DNA of 42,472 bases. Source: Octopus bimaculoides. Its lineage: Eukaryota. The notes below the pieces were generated by a model, which worked only from the letters and a program-made list of their open reading frames with translations, searched no databases and had not been told where the DNA came from. A program made the position numbers and the translations under genes. Of the stretch, positions 25,497 to 37,654 are shown in pieces (the stretch's first letter is position 1; the number at the start of each line of letters is the position of its first letter). The DNA lies in NCBI RefSeq assembly GCF_001194135.2, contig NC_068990.1:80419975-80462446 (forward strand), given 5' to 3'.

Positions 25497-25545
25497 CCTT
25501 TAAAAGGAATACATTAATCCGTCTTTCAGTACTATTCATTTCGAG

Positions 25546-25730
25546 AAGGCAGCAGGCTTGATAAAATGCTTAGTGTCAATCTACTTGTCTTTACGTTCTG
25601 AGTTCAAATTCCGCCGAGGTCGACTTTACTTTTCATCCTTTTGGAGTCCATAAAGTAAGCATCAGAGAAGTATTGGACTCGATGTGATCAACCTGCCCTT
25701 CCCCTCAAACTGGTACAATTGTATAAATAG
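25546..25730 (+). mobile_element. SINE family A, inverted relative to both neighbours
   Basis: CTGAGTTCAAATTCCGCCGAGGTCGACTTTACTTTTCATCC core at 25598-25638. Confidence 0.82.
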
Positions 25731-25810
25731 TGTTCGGCCCGATGGAAATCATTTTACTTTTGATTTCTTGTTATTACTCTGTGGAACATTAAAAAATTTA
25801 GTGAATATTG

Positions 25811-26000
25811 TTTCAAATTTTGGTACAAATCCAGCAAATTCGCAGGATAAACCAATTACATTGTAATACTACGTATTTTATCGATCCTGAGAGAATAAAA
25901 GGCAAAGTCGACCTCGGTGGAATTTGAACTCGGCACGGAAACATGAAATACAGCCAAGCATTTCGTCCGGCGTGCTAATGATTCTGCCAGCTCGCCGCCT
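25811..26000 (-). mobile_element. SINE family A with the alternative tail
   Basis: Head GGCGGCGAGCTGGCAGAATC; tail GTACCAAAATTTGAAA. Confidence 0.85.
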
Positions 26001-26720
26001 TAACTTGAATATTGAATTAAAATAAGTTTCAACGTTTGAGATTGGGTCTATTGATACTAACGTTGGTGTTTAGAAACATACATTTATTCTGTGCGTGTAT
26101 GTAGCTATGTATATATATGTATATATGTATGTATGCGTATGTTTCAGTATATTTGTGTGTGGTGCGTTTCTTTTGGAACCAAATATATTAAAAAACTATT
26201 TTGTCTTAAGCTAAAATTTCTTTTACCTTTGAAATTCAGTTTTAATGTTTGTTGTTACATTTCAAGTTGTGTTAGGTTTCTTCTTTTGTGCTTCTGTTCT
26301 ATAATCCAACATTTTCCGTTTTTTATATTGCAATACACATCTATTCTTCTGCAATGAATTTGTTACTAATGTAGTATGTTTTATTATGGTCCGTTAACTG
26401 CAAAGAGCAGTTTTGTCTACAGTTATTGAACTGAAGATGATGAAGTTGTACACAAGTCAAATTGATCTCACCAGTCACAGAGAAGCTTGCAAATTTTACA
26501 GGCGCCGTCCCTCCTGCAGATTACAACATAAAGAGAATTACTTATTGTCGGCTCATACTCTACGTACTTAGAAACATGTAGCCTTCTTAATTTTATCGAT
26601 TGTTACTACAGCGTTAACTGAATGTTTACTGTGAAATATAAGTGAGGCCCAAAAGACAGGGTCGCCAGCGTATTTTCAGGCAGCTATCCTTTGCATCACT
26701 CTTTCTCACGCTCTACATCA

Positions 26721-26766
<46 letters not shown>

Positions 26767-26767
<1 letters not shown>

Positions 26768-27166
26768 TCCTTTACTTGTTTCAGTCATTTGACTGCAGCA
26801 CCGCCTTAAAGGGTCTTTTGGTCGAAGAAATCAATCTCAGGACTCATTTTTGTAAACCTAAGTACTTATTTTATCGGTCTCTTTTCCCCAAACGCTAAGT
26901 TACGGGGATATAAACACACCAACATCGGTTGTCATCGGTTGTTGGGGGGGTCAAACATAGACATAAAGACACACGCACACACATACACAGACATAGGCAC
27001 ACACACACATATATACGAGGCGCTTCTTTCCGTTTCCATCTACCAAATACACTCACACGGTTTTTGTTAGCCCGAGGCTATAATAGAACACACTTACCCA
27101 AGTTTCCATGCAGTAGGACTGAACTCGGAACCATGTGGCTGGGTAGCAAGCTTCTTAACACACAGG
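26767..27166 (-). mobile_element. Near-full-length SINE family B
   Basis: tRNA-like head (GGTTCCGAGTTCAGTCCTACTGC), CTTGGGTAAGTGTGTTCT domain, internal (TG)n, and tail AAATGACTGAAACAAGTAAAGGAA. Homologous to 13810-13985 and 41340-41520. Confidence 0.85.
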
Positions 27167-27282
27167 AAACTGGAACTACTCTGACTCTTCGTCACACGGA
27201 AGTGAAAGTAGCTTTTAGCGTGTACCATGATTTTACTCATTGTTTTAGATGCCTATATATTCGCAGGCAGAAAAGGGATCTC

Positions 27283-27490
27283 TGTTTCTGTCTCTTTGAC
27301 CAATGGAAACATTGAGGCTGTAATAGCTGTTGGAACAAAAGACTGCACCAGTGTACTGGCCGGCATATTTCAGTTTGGTACAGTGGGATAACGTGAAATA
27401 AAGTGTCTTGGAACGACGCACCCTCAGTCCAGAAACTCGAACCCTGATCTTTGGATCTTCGTCTAACTGCTAGGCTTCGCATCTTCACAA
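27283..27490 (-). mobile_element. Degraded SINE-like repeat (third family or variant)
   Basis: GTGAAATAAAGTGTCTTG...CCAGAAACTCGAACCC is the reverse complement of a tRNA-like B box followed by a CAAGACACTT domain. Confidence 0.5.
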
Positions 27491-28079
27491 GAAAACAACA
27501 GATTCCATATGTGCTATTAACGCTCCAAGTAATTCATAGAGATAACAAACGATGAAAGCTTGAAGAATATAGCAGCTTCTTTGTTTTAGATGCAGCCATT
27601 TTTATGTCATTTTCATCACCTGTGTTTAAATATACACTATTGTAAAAAGCATGGCAGTGATGCGGCTTGAAATATTGTGATTCATGAATTTGAAACCCCG
27701 TTCTTGAAGTGAAAAATCAATGAGTCTTTTGTGAATGACACTTAAAGGATCTTAGACCTCACTAAACTGACGCAGACTTCCTTGAACTTCTAAACAAACT
27801 GGAGCAGCTTGTATTTGATTTGCCGAAAGTCCTCATAAGAAATAAAGAAAGAAAAAAAAAAGGAATCGAAATAAATAGATAAATAAGACAAAACTAATGC
27901 ACAATAAGCGTCAAACAAAATACCTATATCTGAACTAAACGTTTACAACTGCTTTGGGGGTCTGCTGCCACCAAAATTAAATACTTCCTTCCTGTTGGTT
28001 TTCTTTCAAGCATTCTCGTTTAGATTGAGTTCGTTCCGCTGTTCTGTTAGTTGACTGAAGCTTTGAACCTAACTGGCAA

Positions 28080-28540
28080 TAATCACGACGACCACAACTA
28101 CTGCCGCCGCAGCCGTGGGTGACAGCATTATCAGTAAGAGAAGCTGCAACAACAAAAGTCACTGCTGTAAATGCAACAACAACAACAACACCTAAAGCAG
28201 CAAGAAGGTCAGAAACATCGGGAAAGGGAAGAAGTAGAAGGAAAAAATCTTCAATGAGAGGAACAACTATAGCAAAAACAGCAACAGCAACAACATCGAA
28301 AAGACGAAGAAGAAGAAGAAAAAGGAGGAGGAGGAGAAGGAGAAGAAGATGAAGAAGAAGAAGAAGAAGAAGAAGAAGAAGAAGAAGAAGAAGGATGATG
28401 ATGATGATAATGATGATGATGATGATGATGATGATGAAGGTGATGATGATGATGGCAAAGAGACATAGAATTGCAACAACAAGAGTCAGAAAAACGATAG
28501 CCACAACAGCAGCAACACCAAGAAAACTAGAAAAGATCAC
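28080..28540. repeat. (CAA)/(GAA)/(GAT) low-complexity tract
   Basis: Direct reading; source of ORFs in several frames. Confidence 0.9.
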
Positions 28541-29512
28541 AAGAAACAGGTGAAGGGAAAAAAAAAAAAATTACTATTCCGTTATTTACCGGAAAACTGT
28601 GAATTTCGTCTGTTTGCAACACTCTAAGATCAAACCATTTTTGCCGCGTCTCTCATGTCGTTTAACAATCTCTTTTATTTTTACTTCACTGACGCCAAAT
28701 TTTATAAATGTTTTGATTTGGGATACACATTCATCATCACTATCGAGCACTATATAATCTCGTTGTTGCTGTTGTTTGTGACTGTTCCTGGTGTTATTCT
28801 TGATATATCTCCGCCGTCACTTCTTTTTTTTTCTTCTTCTTGAACACCAACTACTACTGTTACGTTGTAGGCTTTCATATCTTATCTTAGTGGTTTCTGT
28901 GGCTATTGAATTAATTTCACTCTTATTTCTAGCAATACTGGTGCTGATTAGCGTCCTTGTTTACAATGACGTATATATTTCTGCCTCTAGGTTGTAAAAT
29001 TGCGAATTAACCATCCATATTATTTATAATTCTGACAGTACCCTTTATGAAATCAGTATATAATTTCAACGGAGATATTATACACTGACAAGACGAGATG
29101 AGTTCAACCCTAGGCGCGGTGAGAGCTGGTGATAGGCATTAACATGAGTTAAGCATCAGAATGCAAAATCATCGGTGGTCTAGCTCTATCTGCAACCGCA
29201 GGGGGGTTTGTCTCCCTTCTCAGCTAATTAGGATAGTGATTATTGCTCTTGTCTGCTTTATATTGCGAATTAACCACCCATATTATATATATATATATAT
29301 CTGAGCAAGATATAAACAGTAGCCGCACGACATAGTGAAGTATATTTGCCTCCTAAATAAGGCTAACCCTTAAGGGTCGAGGATACTGTAGACTGTAGCC
29401 CCAGGAAGACATCTTCTCCAGCTGGTTATTGACGCAGAAACTGTGAACAACCCGCAGATGGCAAGAACAGCAACGGCGGTCGCCAGTCAAATTTCACACA
29501 TACATTTATAAG

Positions 29513-29579
<67 letters not shown>

Positions 29580-29632
29580 GTGTGTGTGTGCGTACACACA
29601 GACACAGACACATACAGATGTATGCATATATG

Positions 29633-29708
<76 letters not shown>

Positions 29709-30238
29709 TGTGTGTGTGCGTGCGTGTGCGTGTGCGTCTTTATCGTCATTATCCCTTAGACCATCATCACTATTCTCATTTATTATTAATTTTTTTTAGC
29801 AGTAATACATCATAATACCTATTTTTAAGTGGTGATAAGTATTACTTTTCGCTATCAATATTGTTTCTGTTGTGGTTATTTACTTTTCAAGAAGACCACT
29901 GGCTAATTGCAACACCAGTGCCCGGATTAGGCACTAAAATCCTAAGTATATCGGTAGCACAGAATCACGACTACTTTTCAGCTTTCGGGCATCTACCATT
30001 GACAAGGCCAAAGAACGCCGTAATCATGTGATCTGATAGTTAGGAGGCGCCGATGGCGGTTGTGTACCTCTTCCTTGTGATACAAACAAAAGGTTTATAA
30101 GCACCACAAGACCATATCGGAATTATGTTTTTGTTTTTTTTTTATCTCACGGTAATTATCTCAGTATTCTGTGTTGTAGCACAACGTCCACTTTTAAGTG
30201 GTGATAAATATTACTCTTCGATTGTAAGAATGCTTCTA

Positions 30239-30455
30239 AGGTGGCGGCCTAGCAGAAACGTTATCATGCCGGGCGAAATCCTTAGTGGCATTTCATCCGA
30301 CATCACGCTCTGAGTTCAAATTCCGCCATGGTCGATTTTACCTTTCTTCTTTTCATGGTTGAAAAAAATAATTACCAGTTGAGCACTGGTGTCGATGTAA
30401 TCGACTTAGCTCCTCCCCCAAAAGTACTGGCTTTGCACCAAAATTTGAAATCGAT
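30239..30455 (+). mobile_element. Full-length SINE family A with the alternative tail
   Basis: GGTGGCGGCCTAGCAGAAACGTTATCATGCCGGG...CTGAGTTCAAATTCCGCC...GCACCAAAATTTGAAATC. Confidence 0.85.
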
Positions 30456-30495
30456 ATTCATACTGCTTCTGTCATGATGATTAAATCTGTGTGTG

Positions 30496-30556
<61 letters not shown>

Positions 30557-31473
30557 CTGAGTATTATGAGTGTATAACATGTATTGTTTATAAATATGTA
30601 TATACGTATATGTATATTCACATGCAACTATAAATATATATATACACACATACAATTTATGTATTTATGTGTTTATGTAAATGTTTAGGGACATTAAGTG
30701 TAAAGAGTTGAACAATTTATACACTGCATACCTTTGTTGTGATATTTTTTTTGTATTTGTTTTTTGTTTAATTCATTTTATGATTGTCACTGAAATACAA
30801 TAAATGAAAAACATATTCTTTTTGATGAACCTTTACCCAACGTGTTATAAAGATTAGCAATGTTGATAAATTCTCATCGTAATACAACTAAAATATATTT
30901 ACAACTAGCCAATATCTATTTTATCTCTTTCTATGCAACAAGAGATTGCATTCTCAGTTTTCACACCAATAGGGTGTATTCAACTTTTGACATTCTCTTT
31001 AAGAAAAGAACGTTCGGGATCAGTAAAAGTAGTCGGAACCCTGGCGGCAATGTAGCTGTCAGTCAGATATGTGTTCTGCATAGAACATTCTTACGCTGAC
31101 TTTTATATTCTATTATTGTAACAAGTTTTTATTGGCTAAGATTTTACTTTTCTGCATTGCTTGTCGTTTTACAACACATTTGTACAACAGTCAAATCATA
31201 AATTAGAAGAGGCGTCTCCAGAGGACATTAGTTGTACAAATATATTCCAAACACAGAATAACACAAGTAGATACGCACGCACACAAACACAAACTCATAT
31301 AACATCACAGACAAAACAATTGCATAAATAACATACTTGGCATGTATAAATAAAACCAAATATATATAAAATGTATGGGGAAATGCGTGGATCAGAGTAC
31401 GTGTATAAACAAAGGTATGTCTACACACTGAATTTGTATGTATGTATCTATGCATGAATACGTACACACATAA

Positions 31474-31510
<37 letters not shown>

Positions 31511-31685
31511 CGTACATACACACGTACATACACACACACATATATATACATATATATACATATATACATATAGATATATGCTTATATATATACATGTATA
31601 TATACATATATATATACATGTATATATACATATATATATACATGTATATATACACATACACATATTACATGCATGCATATGTATG

Positions 31686-31716
<31 letters not shown>

Positions 31717-31919
31717 GTATGTATGTATATATGTATATATATGCATATGTATATATTTATATATGTATATATAAATATAAATATATATATAAATATACTG
31801 AAGATTCACCATGTCTACTAACAAAGAGTCATATTTCCCTTTGTGGTCACATGTATGGTGTCACATCTGCGCTGACATTCGCGCGCTCAAGATGACGACG
31901 ATGATGAGGATGATGATGA

Positions 31920-32150
31920 TTCCAAATTTTGCGACAAGGTCAGCAAATTCAAGGGAGGGAGTATGCCGATTATATACCCCCCCCCACCCATGCGTAACTG
32001 GTACCTACTTTATCGACGCCAAAAAGATGAAAGGTAAGGTCAACCTTGGTGGAATTTGAACTGAAAACACAAAGACGGACAAAATGCCACTGAGCATTTT
32101 ATCCGGCATGCTAACGATTCTGCTAGCTCACCCCCTTAATAATAATAATG

Positions 32151-32219
<69 letters not shown>

Positions 32220-32313
32220 TTTTAAAAGGATTGACGTAACTCTTCACAAAGGTAAACTGTTATGACGAAGGTCGCGATTCGATTGTAATAGATATTTTAT
32301 AATGATGATGATG

Positions 32314-32376
<63 letters not shown>

Positions 32377-32700
32377 GTTTTGAGGGAAGGGGAAGTCGAA
32401 TATATGGACCTCGACTATTTGACTGGTACTAAGTTTATGAACTTCGAGGAGTGGAAAAGGAAAGTTGCTAGTGCTAGAGTTACTGGGCTAAGTGAGCGCT
32501 TTCGGATCTATAATCCTTCATCAGACAACAGACTTTACAATAAAGATAATAATCCTTTCTACTAAAGGCAAAATTTTCGGGTCGGGGTTAAGTCGATTAC
32601 ATCGACTCCTGTACTCAACTAGTACTTAATTTACCGACCCCAAAAGGATAAAAGGCAATGTCGACCTTGACGGAACTTGAACTCAGAACATAGCAACGGG
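31920..32700 (-). mobile_element. Chain of three same-strand family A SINEs separated by (TAA)n
   Basis: Copies at ~31920-32136, ~32376-32520 (old) and ~32551-32700; tracts at 32137-32218 and 32302-32375. Confidence 0.75.
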
Positions 32701-33834
32701 ACAAAATTAGAAGCTATATGTTTAGTGACAACAATGTTTTTAGGAGTTAGAATGAATCCTTGTCGATATATGGCAGTATCTGTGTTTCATTAACCAAAAC
32801 AGGTTGCATGAAATCATGTATCTTGTTTAAAGAAGACTAGGACAAACGCAGAAGTCTTTCGCAGTATGGCGGATCGGGCAAGCGTTCGTCATGCTATGAA
32901 GAATAACCATTTGTGTGAGCGAAGATAAGAATACTCAGATTTGTTGTTTACAAAAGAAATTATAGTAGCTATATATATATGTATATATATAAATATAAAC
33001 TGTTAAAAATAGTTTAGTATTTTCTATGGGTCAATGGAACCACACGTGAAAAGTAAATAAAATGAAAATCTGCGGCTCGCGGTGACATAGACAATGACAG
33101 TAAGTCCATGAAGATAAAAAATGGAAGCGGTAGCTACAGCTGTTGTCGATCTATTCCATGCAGATATTTCGACTCCCAGAATTCCTCAGCTGCACAGTTT
33201 GAGGGCTAGAAAACAATAAAAATGTAAGCTCCCCCACCACTCTCCCTTTCGAACATCAGGCTAATGTAATTTACAACTAGAATTGTAGTCGAACAAAACG
33301 ACTATCATATTACGGATACTTGTTGTATGAACTATGGAATGACAACATTTTGAACACAATTCCAAGAATTTTAAGTCAACATAAATAATCCAAACTCAGA
33401 CACTTAAGTATTCTATATTTCTTTATTGAATTTATTGCCCCCAAACAATTCTGAAATATCACCTCTAAAGAATTCTAACAAAAATGATTCAATTTATTTA
33501 CGTATTGATTATATAAAGAAGGAACATTATTATATTAGCGTGTAATTATGGAAATGTTATGAGTGTTAATTAGTTAATCAACAAGTAAGGAAAACTAGTA
33601 TGGTGACTAGAATATTAAAAAAAATGATAATAAGGCCACATTTAGTTCTTTGCGGTTGCACATTTAAGAAATGTAGTGAGCTTTCACACATAATTGTAGG
33701 TCATGTAAAGATATACAGTTAACTGCTTGCGAATGGTAACGATTCAAACCGAATGGAAAGCAATTCGAGAGTTTGAGTGACCGACAGCCTACACCATACA
33801 ACCGGGCTCAGATCGGGGTAATAACTTGAGAGCA

Positions 33835-34515
33835 AAGCCAAAAATAGTGACTGAAGTAGGCTCATTAAACTGACGCCAGAACTTAACTGGTAATTTATCG
33901 AACCCGGAGTGATGAATAGGTAAGTTGACCTCGGCGGGATGTGAAATCAGTAACAAAAACTGAAACAATTGTCGCAAGACTGGTGTGTGACGTCCTAGTG
34001 ATTCTGCCAATGCACCCATCGATACGATGGCGTAATAATAATTGATCTTAATACAATTCCAAATATCTTTTGCACCGTCGGCACAAATCCAGAAATTTGC
34101 CAGTCTATAAAAAAGAATCATAGAACTTGACTGTTACTCCACTTTATCAACTTCAATGGATGGAAAGCAAAATAGATCTCGCCGAGACCTGAAGTGAGAG
34201 CGTGGTTAGCCGTAACTAAATACCACAATGCATTTTATGTGACTCCTAAAACATGATGTCGATCAATCACCCATAAGCTATTTCCAGTAATACTGAAATT
34301 AACAGAGGCACAAAGAATAAGTTTTGAGGGAGAGTATAGTCATTTATATCCATCCAATAATTTACTAGTACTTTAATTTACTAGTACTTTAATTTGGCAA
34401 CCAGAAAAATATAAAACGCGAAGTTGAAACCAGCGAGATTTAAACATCGAGCCGTGACTGAATAAATACTGCAAGGAATTTTGCCCGACGCTCTGAGGAA
34501 TTTTCAAATCCACCT
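33835..34515 (-). mobile_element. Cluster of old family A SINE remnants
   Basis: ctggtaatttatcgaacccgg...gttgacctcggcgggatgtgaa (33835-34030), with similar relics at ~34150-34250 and ~34300-34515. Confidence 0.55.
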
Positions 34516-35146
34516 TTGTATATAATAATACAGTTTTCACATTTAGGCCACTTGCGAAAGATCATATTTCGCCTGGCATAAGAGTGACGTCACAGCAAGA
34601 TGTTTTTATAGTTCCAAATTCAAGAATCCATCGTCATAATTCTATTTTATAACAGCAGTTATTCCATCTGGAAAAATCTGTCATTTAGATATACATACCT
34701 GCCGAGATAAGCATGAGTTATTCCATATTGTAGAAAATAGCTTAAAATATCGTTTGATATGCATTAGGATGATCAGATGTATTAATCGAAATACAGGAAC
34801 TTTTTCTTTGCACTAAATACAGTTTGTATTATAAACAGAGAAAAAGCTAACTATGAGAAGTGTGTTTCAATATTAAGATAACTGATAATACTTATTTCTT
34901 CGTGTTAATACAGTTACAGCACTTGCAGCTGTTTTTGTTTTTGATGTTGCTGTTTAGTGTTTATTTTTATCTATGTAAAAGGTATTTTTCTAAGATAATT
35001 TAAGTTCACATTTATCTCCATAGTTTAATCGGCTTGGTGTTAAAGATACTCTGCCTCACACCTATGCCACCATTTTCTGTCATTAATCTAGTTGTACCAG
35101 TGGGAATAAGGTAAGCAGTTTACCATAAGATAGCTAAACACACGCC

Positions 35147-35584
35147 TTAGTTTACCAAAACAAAATATAGCAAACCTCGCCTTTGAAGATACTCTACTAC
35201 GTTCTGAAAGTATCCAATTTCTAGATCATTTAGTTCAAACATTACCTTCCGACCTGGAAGCTTTTTGTCGGTTTTATCTAGTAAAAACATTTGCATTATC
35301 TCAGAATTATCTGGGTCATTTTGCGGGGAATGCCACTTTAAGATACACGCCTTCCATCTGTTGGTATTTGGAGTTTGTCAAACTGACTGCAGCATCTGAT
35401 ATCTGTAGACAAAAACCAAAATGTTTGCTTCTTTTTTGATCTGCGGAAGCAGATGCAGGTCGACATCAGTTTTGGCATGATATCGCTCAGATATTGATAA
35501 GGACCATTTACAGCTAAACGAGAAGGTAGACTTTGTTTTGTAAGAATTCAGGTAAACTTTGAGAATTATTCCATGAACATCATT
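35147..35584 (-). pseudogene. Putative decayed exon of an atypical Ras-superfamily (small GTPase-like) domain
   Basis: After the acceptor gttttcag|: NDVHGIILKVYLNSYKTKSTFSFSCKWSLSISERYHAKTDVDLHLLPQIKKEANILVFVY, then (+1 shift) DIRCCSQFDKL, then back in frame RWKACILKWHSPQNDPDNSEIMQMFLLDKTDKKLPGRKVMFELNDLEIGYFQNVVEYLQRRGLLYF. Motif order parallels beta3-G3, beta4-YDI...F, W, G4 (NKxD as DKTD) and the helix-4/beta6 region. Eyeball alignment only. Confidence 0.4.
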
Positions 35585-35986
35585 CTGAAAACTGCTATGA
35601 ATATATAACCATCTAGATACAAATATTTAAACAATAGAGAAAGAATACGCACGCACACACGCATATTTGCATGTAAAACATATACATATAAAGGGATTCA
35701 TACATATGTGTGTGTATATATATATATTTNNNNNNNNNNNNNNNNNNNNNNNNNNNNNNNNNNNNNNNNNNNNNNNNNNNNNNNNNNNNNNNNNNNNNNN
35801 NNNNNNNNNNNNNNNNNNNNNNNNNNNNNNNNNNNNNNNNNNNNNNNNNNNNNNNNNNNNNNNNNNNNNNNNNNNNNNNNNNNNNNNNNNNNNNNNNNNN
35901 NNNNNNNNNNNNNNNNNNNNNNNNNNNNNNNNNNNNNNNNNNNNNNNNNNNNNNNNNNNNNNNNNNNNNNNNNNNATATATATGTG

Positions 35987-36017
<31 letters not shown>

Positions 36018-37654
36018 GCGTGTATGCTCATACATGTGTGATCGCGTATGTGAGTGTGTTGTTAGTACAACCAGCACCGCAGGAACACTTCAAAAACAAT
36101 ATTCCTAAGTAAATATTTATATGTTTAAAGAAAATATTGTTTTTCTGTTGAATGAAACTCAGGAATATACCCGAAGATCTGGGCATCAAGTCGCGTGCAT
36201 AAAATTTGCCTCTTTTGGAGCATTTTTGAATTCGCAACAGAAAATGTTTTTTCCTGCTGTAGCAAAAAGAAAAAAACAGAACGTGACATTAGAAAAAATG
36301 AAAAATACAAGAAAAAAAAAAGAAAAAGAACGTTGATTAACTCACACATGTGGTAGACTGGTTCTGAGCCTAAAAACCAACTTGCATATTCTGCTTCTAT
36401 GTACGTAATCATTGAATGAAATTTTACTTATAAACCCTGAACGTTAACTAATTACAGATTTTATGACGAGAAAAAAATAAATCATGATAGCATTTAATAT
36501 CACGTGTTGCGAATTATTTAATATATATATATAGGAGAGTTTAATGCTCATAAAATTGAAATGAATATACCCAGGAGATTATTGGTCTGAGATGCATAAG
36601 ATCTAGGAAGACGTTATTAGAATATCCCTGTTTAATATAATTTGAGTAATAATTTCTGAATTTAACGAAAATGAGATATTGCTTAATGTTAATAATTTAC
36701 CGAAATAAACATTTAAGGGATATGTTACACAGTAATCTCACAGTTATATATTTTTACGCTTTAGCAAGTCTTTCCTAATGACAGGCAGAAAAATGTGTGT
36801 TGTGTGATTCAAGATTGTCGAACAGGCTTATTTTGAGCTAACGAGGAAATGATCCCGGAGAGTTTATCGACCTGATACAAATAGCTAAATTTAGCGCTAA
36901 GCAATGTTTAGGCATTAGCGAACTTTATGTCTACACACTGCTTGGCGCTGATACTGCTTGAAATTTATACATGCGTGAGTAGGTATATGCATCTATATTT
37001 GTATATATGGGGAACGGCTTCCTTTTTAGAATTGATATATTGAAAAAATGTCTATATTCTGCTTTGTTGTTGTCTTTGTGTATCAGACCGTTGTACTTCA
37101 TTAGGAAAAGTATTTTCAAAATCCATTCTTATCTATTTTGCCAGGCTACTTCAACCATTGTGATGTGGTACAGTGTTGGCTTTTGTAGTGCTCTTTTTAT
37201 ACTGGACGGCTTATGTTTATACAAAATTTACAGCTAGATTTTTGCTCATGTAGATTTTGCAGCTACAATTTAACGTTAGATTATTCGACATCTATATCAT
37301 TTTGGCTATTAACATTCTATATAATCGCATTTGTATTTTGGCCAGCGGTGATACGTTTATCTTGGTTGTGACGTTTGTACATAGTAAGTTAACTGCAGCC
37401 TTGTCATGCGATATGTTACACGCTATCCTTGACCTGTTTCTCTTGTTTTGATAGGTGTATATTCATTGTAGTCTTGTCTTATGGTATGAATATTGCTTCC
37501 ATAACCTGTCATTTATCTCTGGAGTATTCTACGAAGTTTGGATATGTTATCTGCTTGTATGGTTTCATCTAACTTTGTTTTATGGTGAGTGGTGTAGTAT
37601 GAGGCAGTTGTTTCTTGACGCGAAAGCCTTTGGTTAATATAAGAGTTGGAGAAT

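Noticed and set aside
27977-28540. 187-aa hydrophobic ORF and overlapping Arg-rich ORF
   Set aside because: Products of (CAA)/(GAA)/(GAT) repeats, open in several frames.
31560-31790. Tandem IHVYIHIY-type ORFs
   Set aside because: Degenerate (TA)/(CA) microsatellite with a ~24-bp periodicity.
34584-34593. CRE palindrome GTGACGTCAC
   Set aside because: An 8-10 bp motif is expected by chance at this scale, and there is no supporting context.
35024-35460. Plus-strand two-exon model (35024-35110 joined to 35151 onward)
   Set aside because: It needs a 40-nt intron, gives no recognisable protein, and overlaps the better-patterned minus-strand frame.
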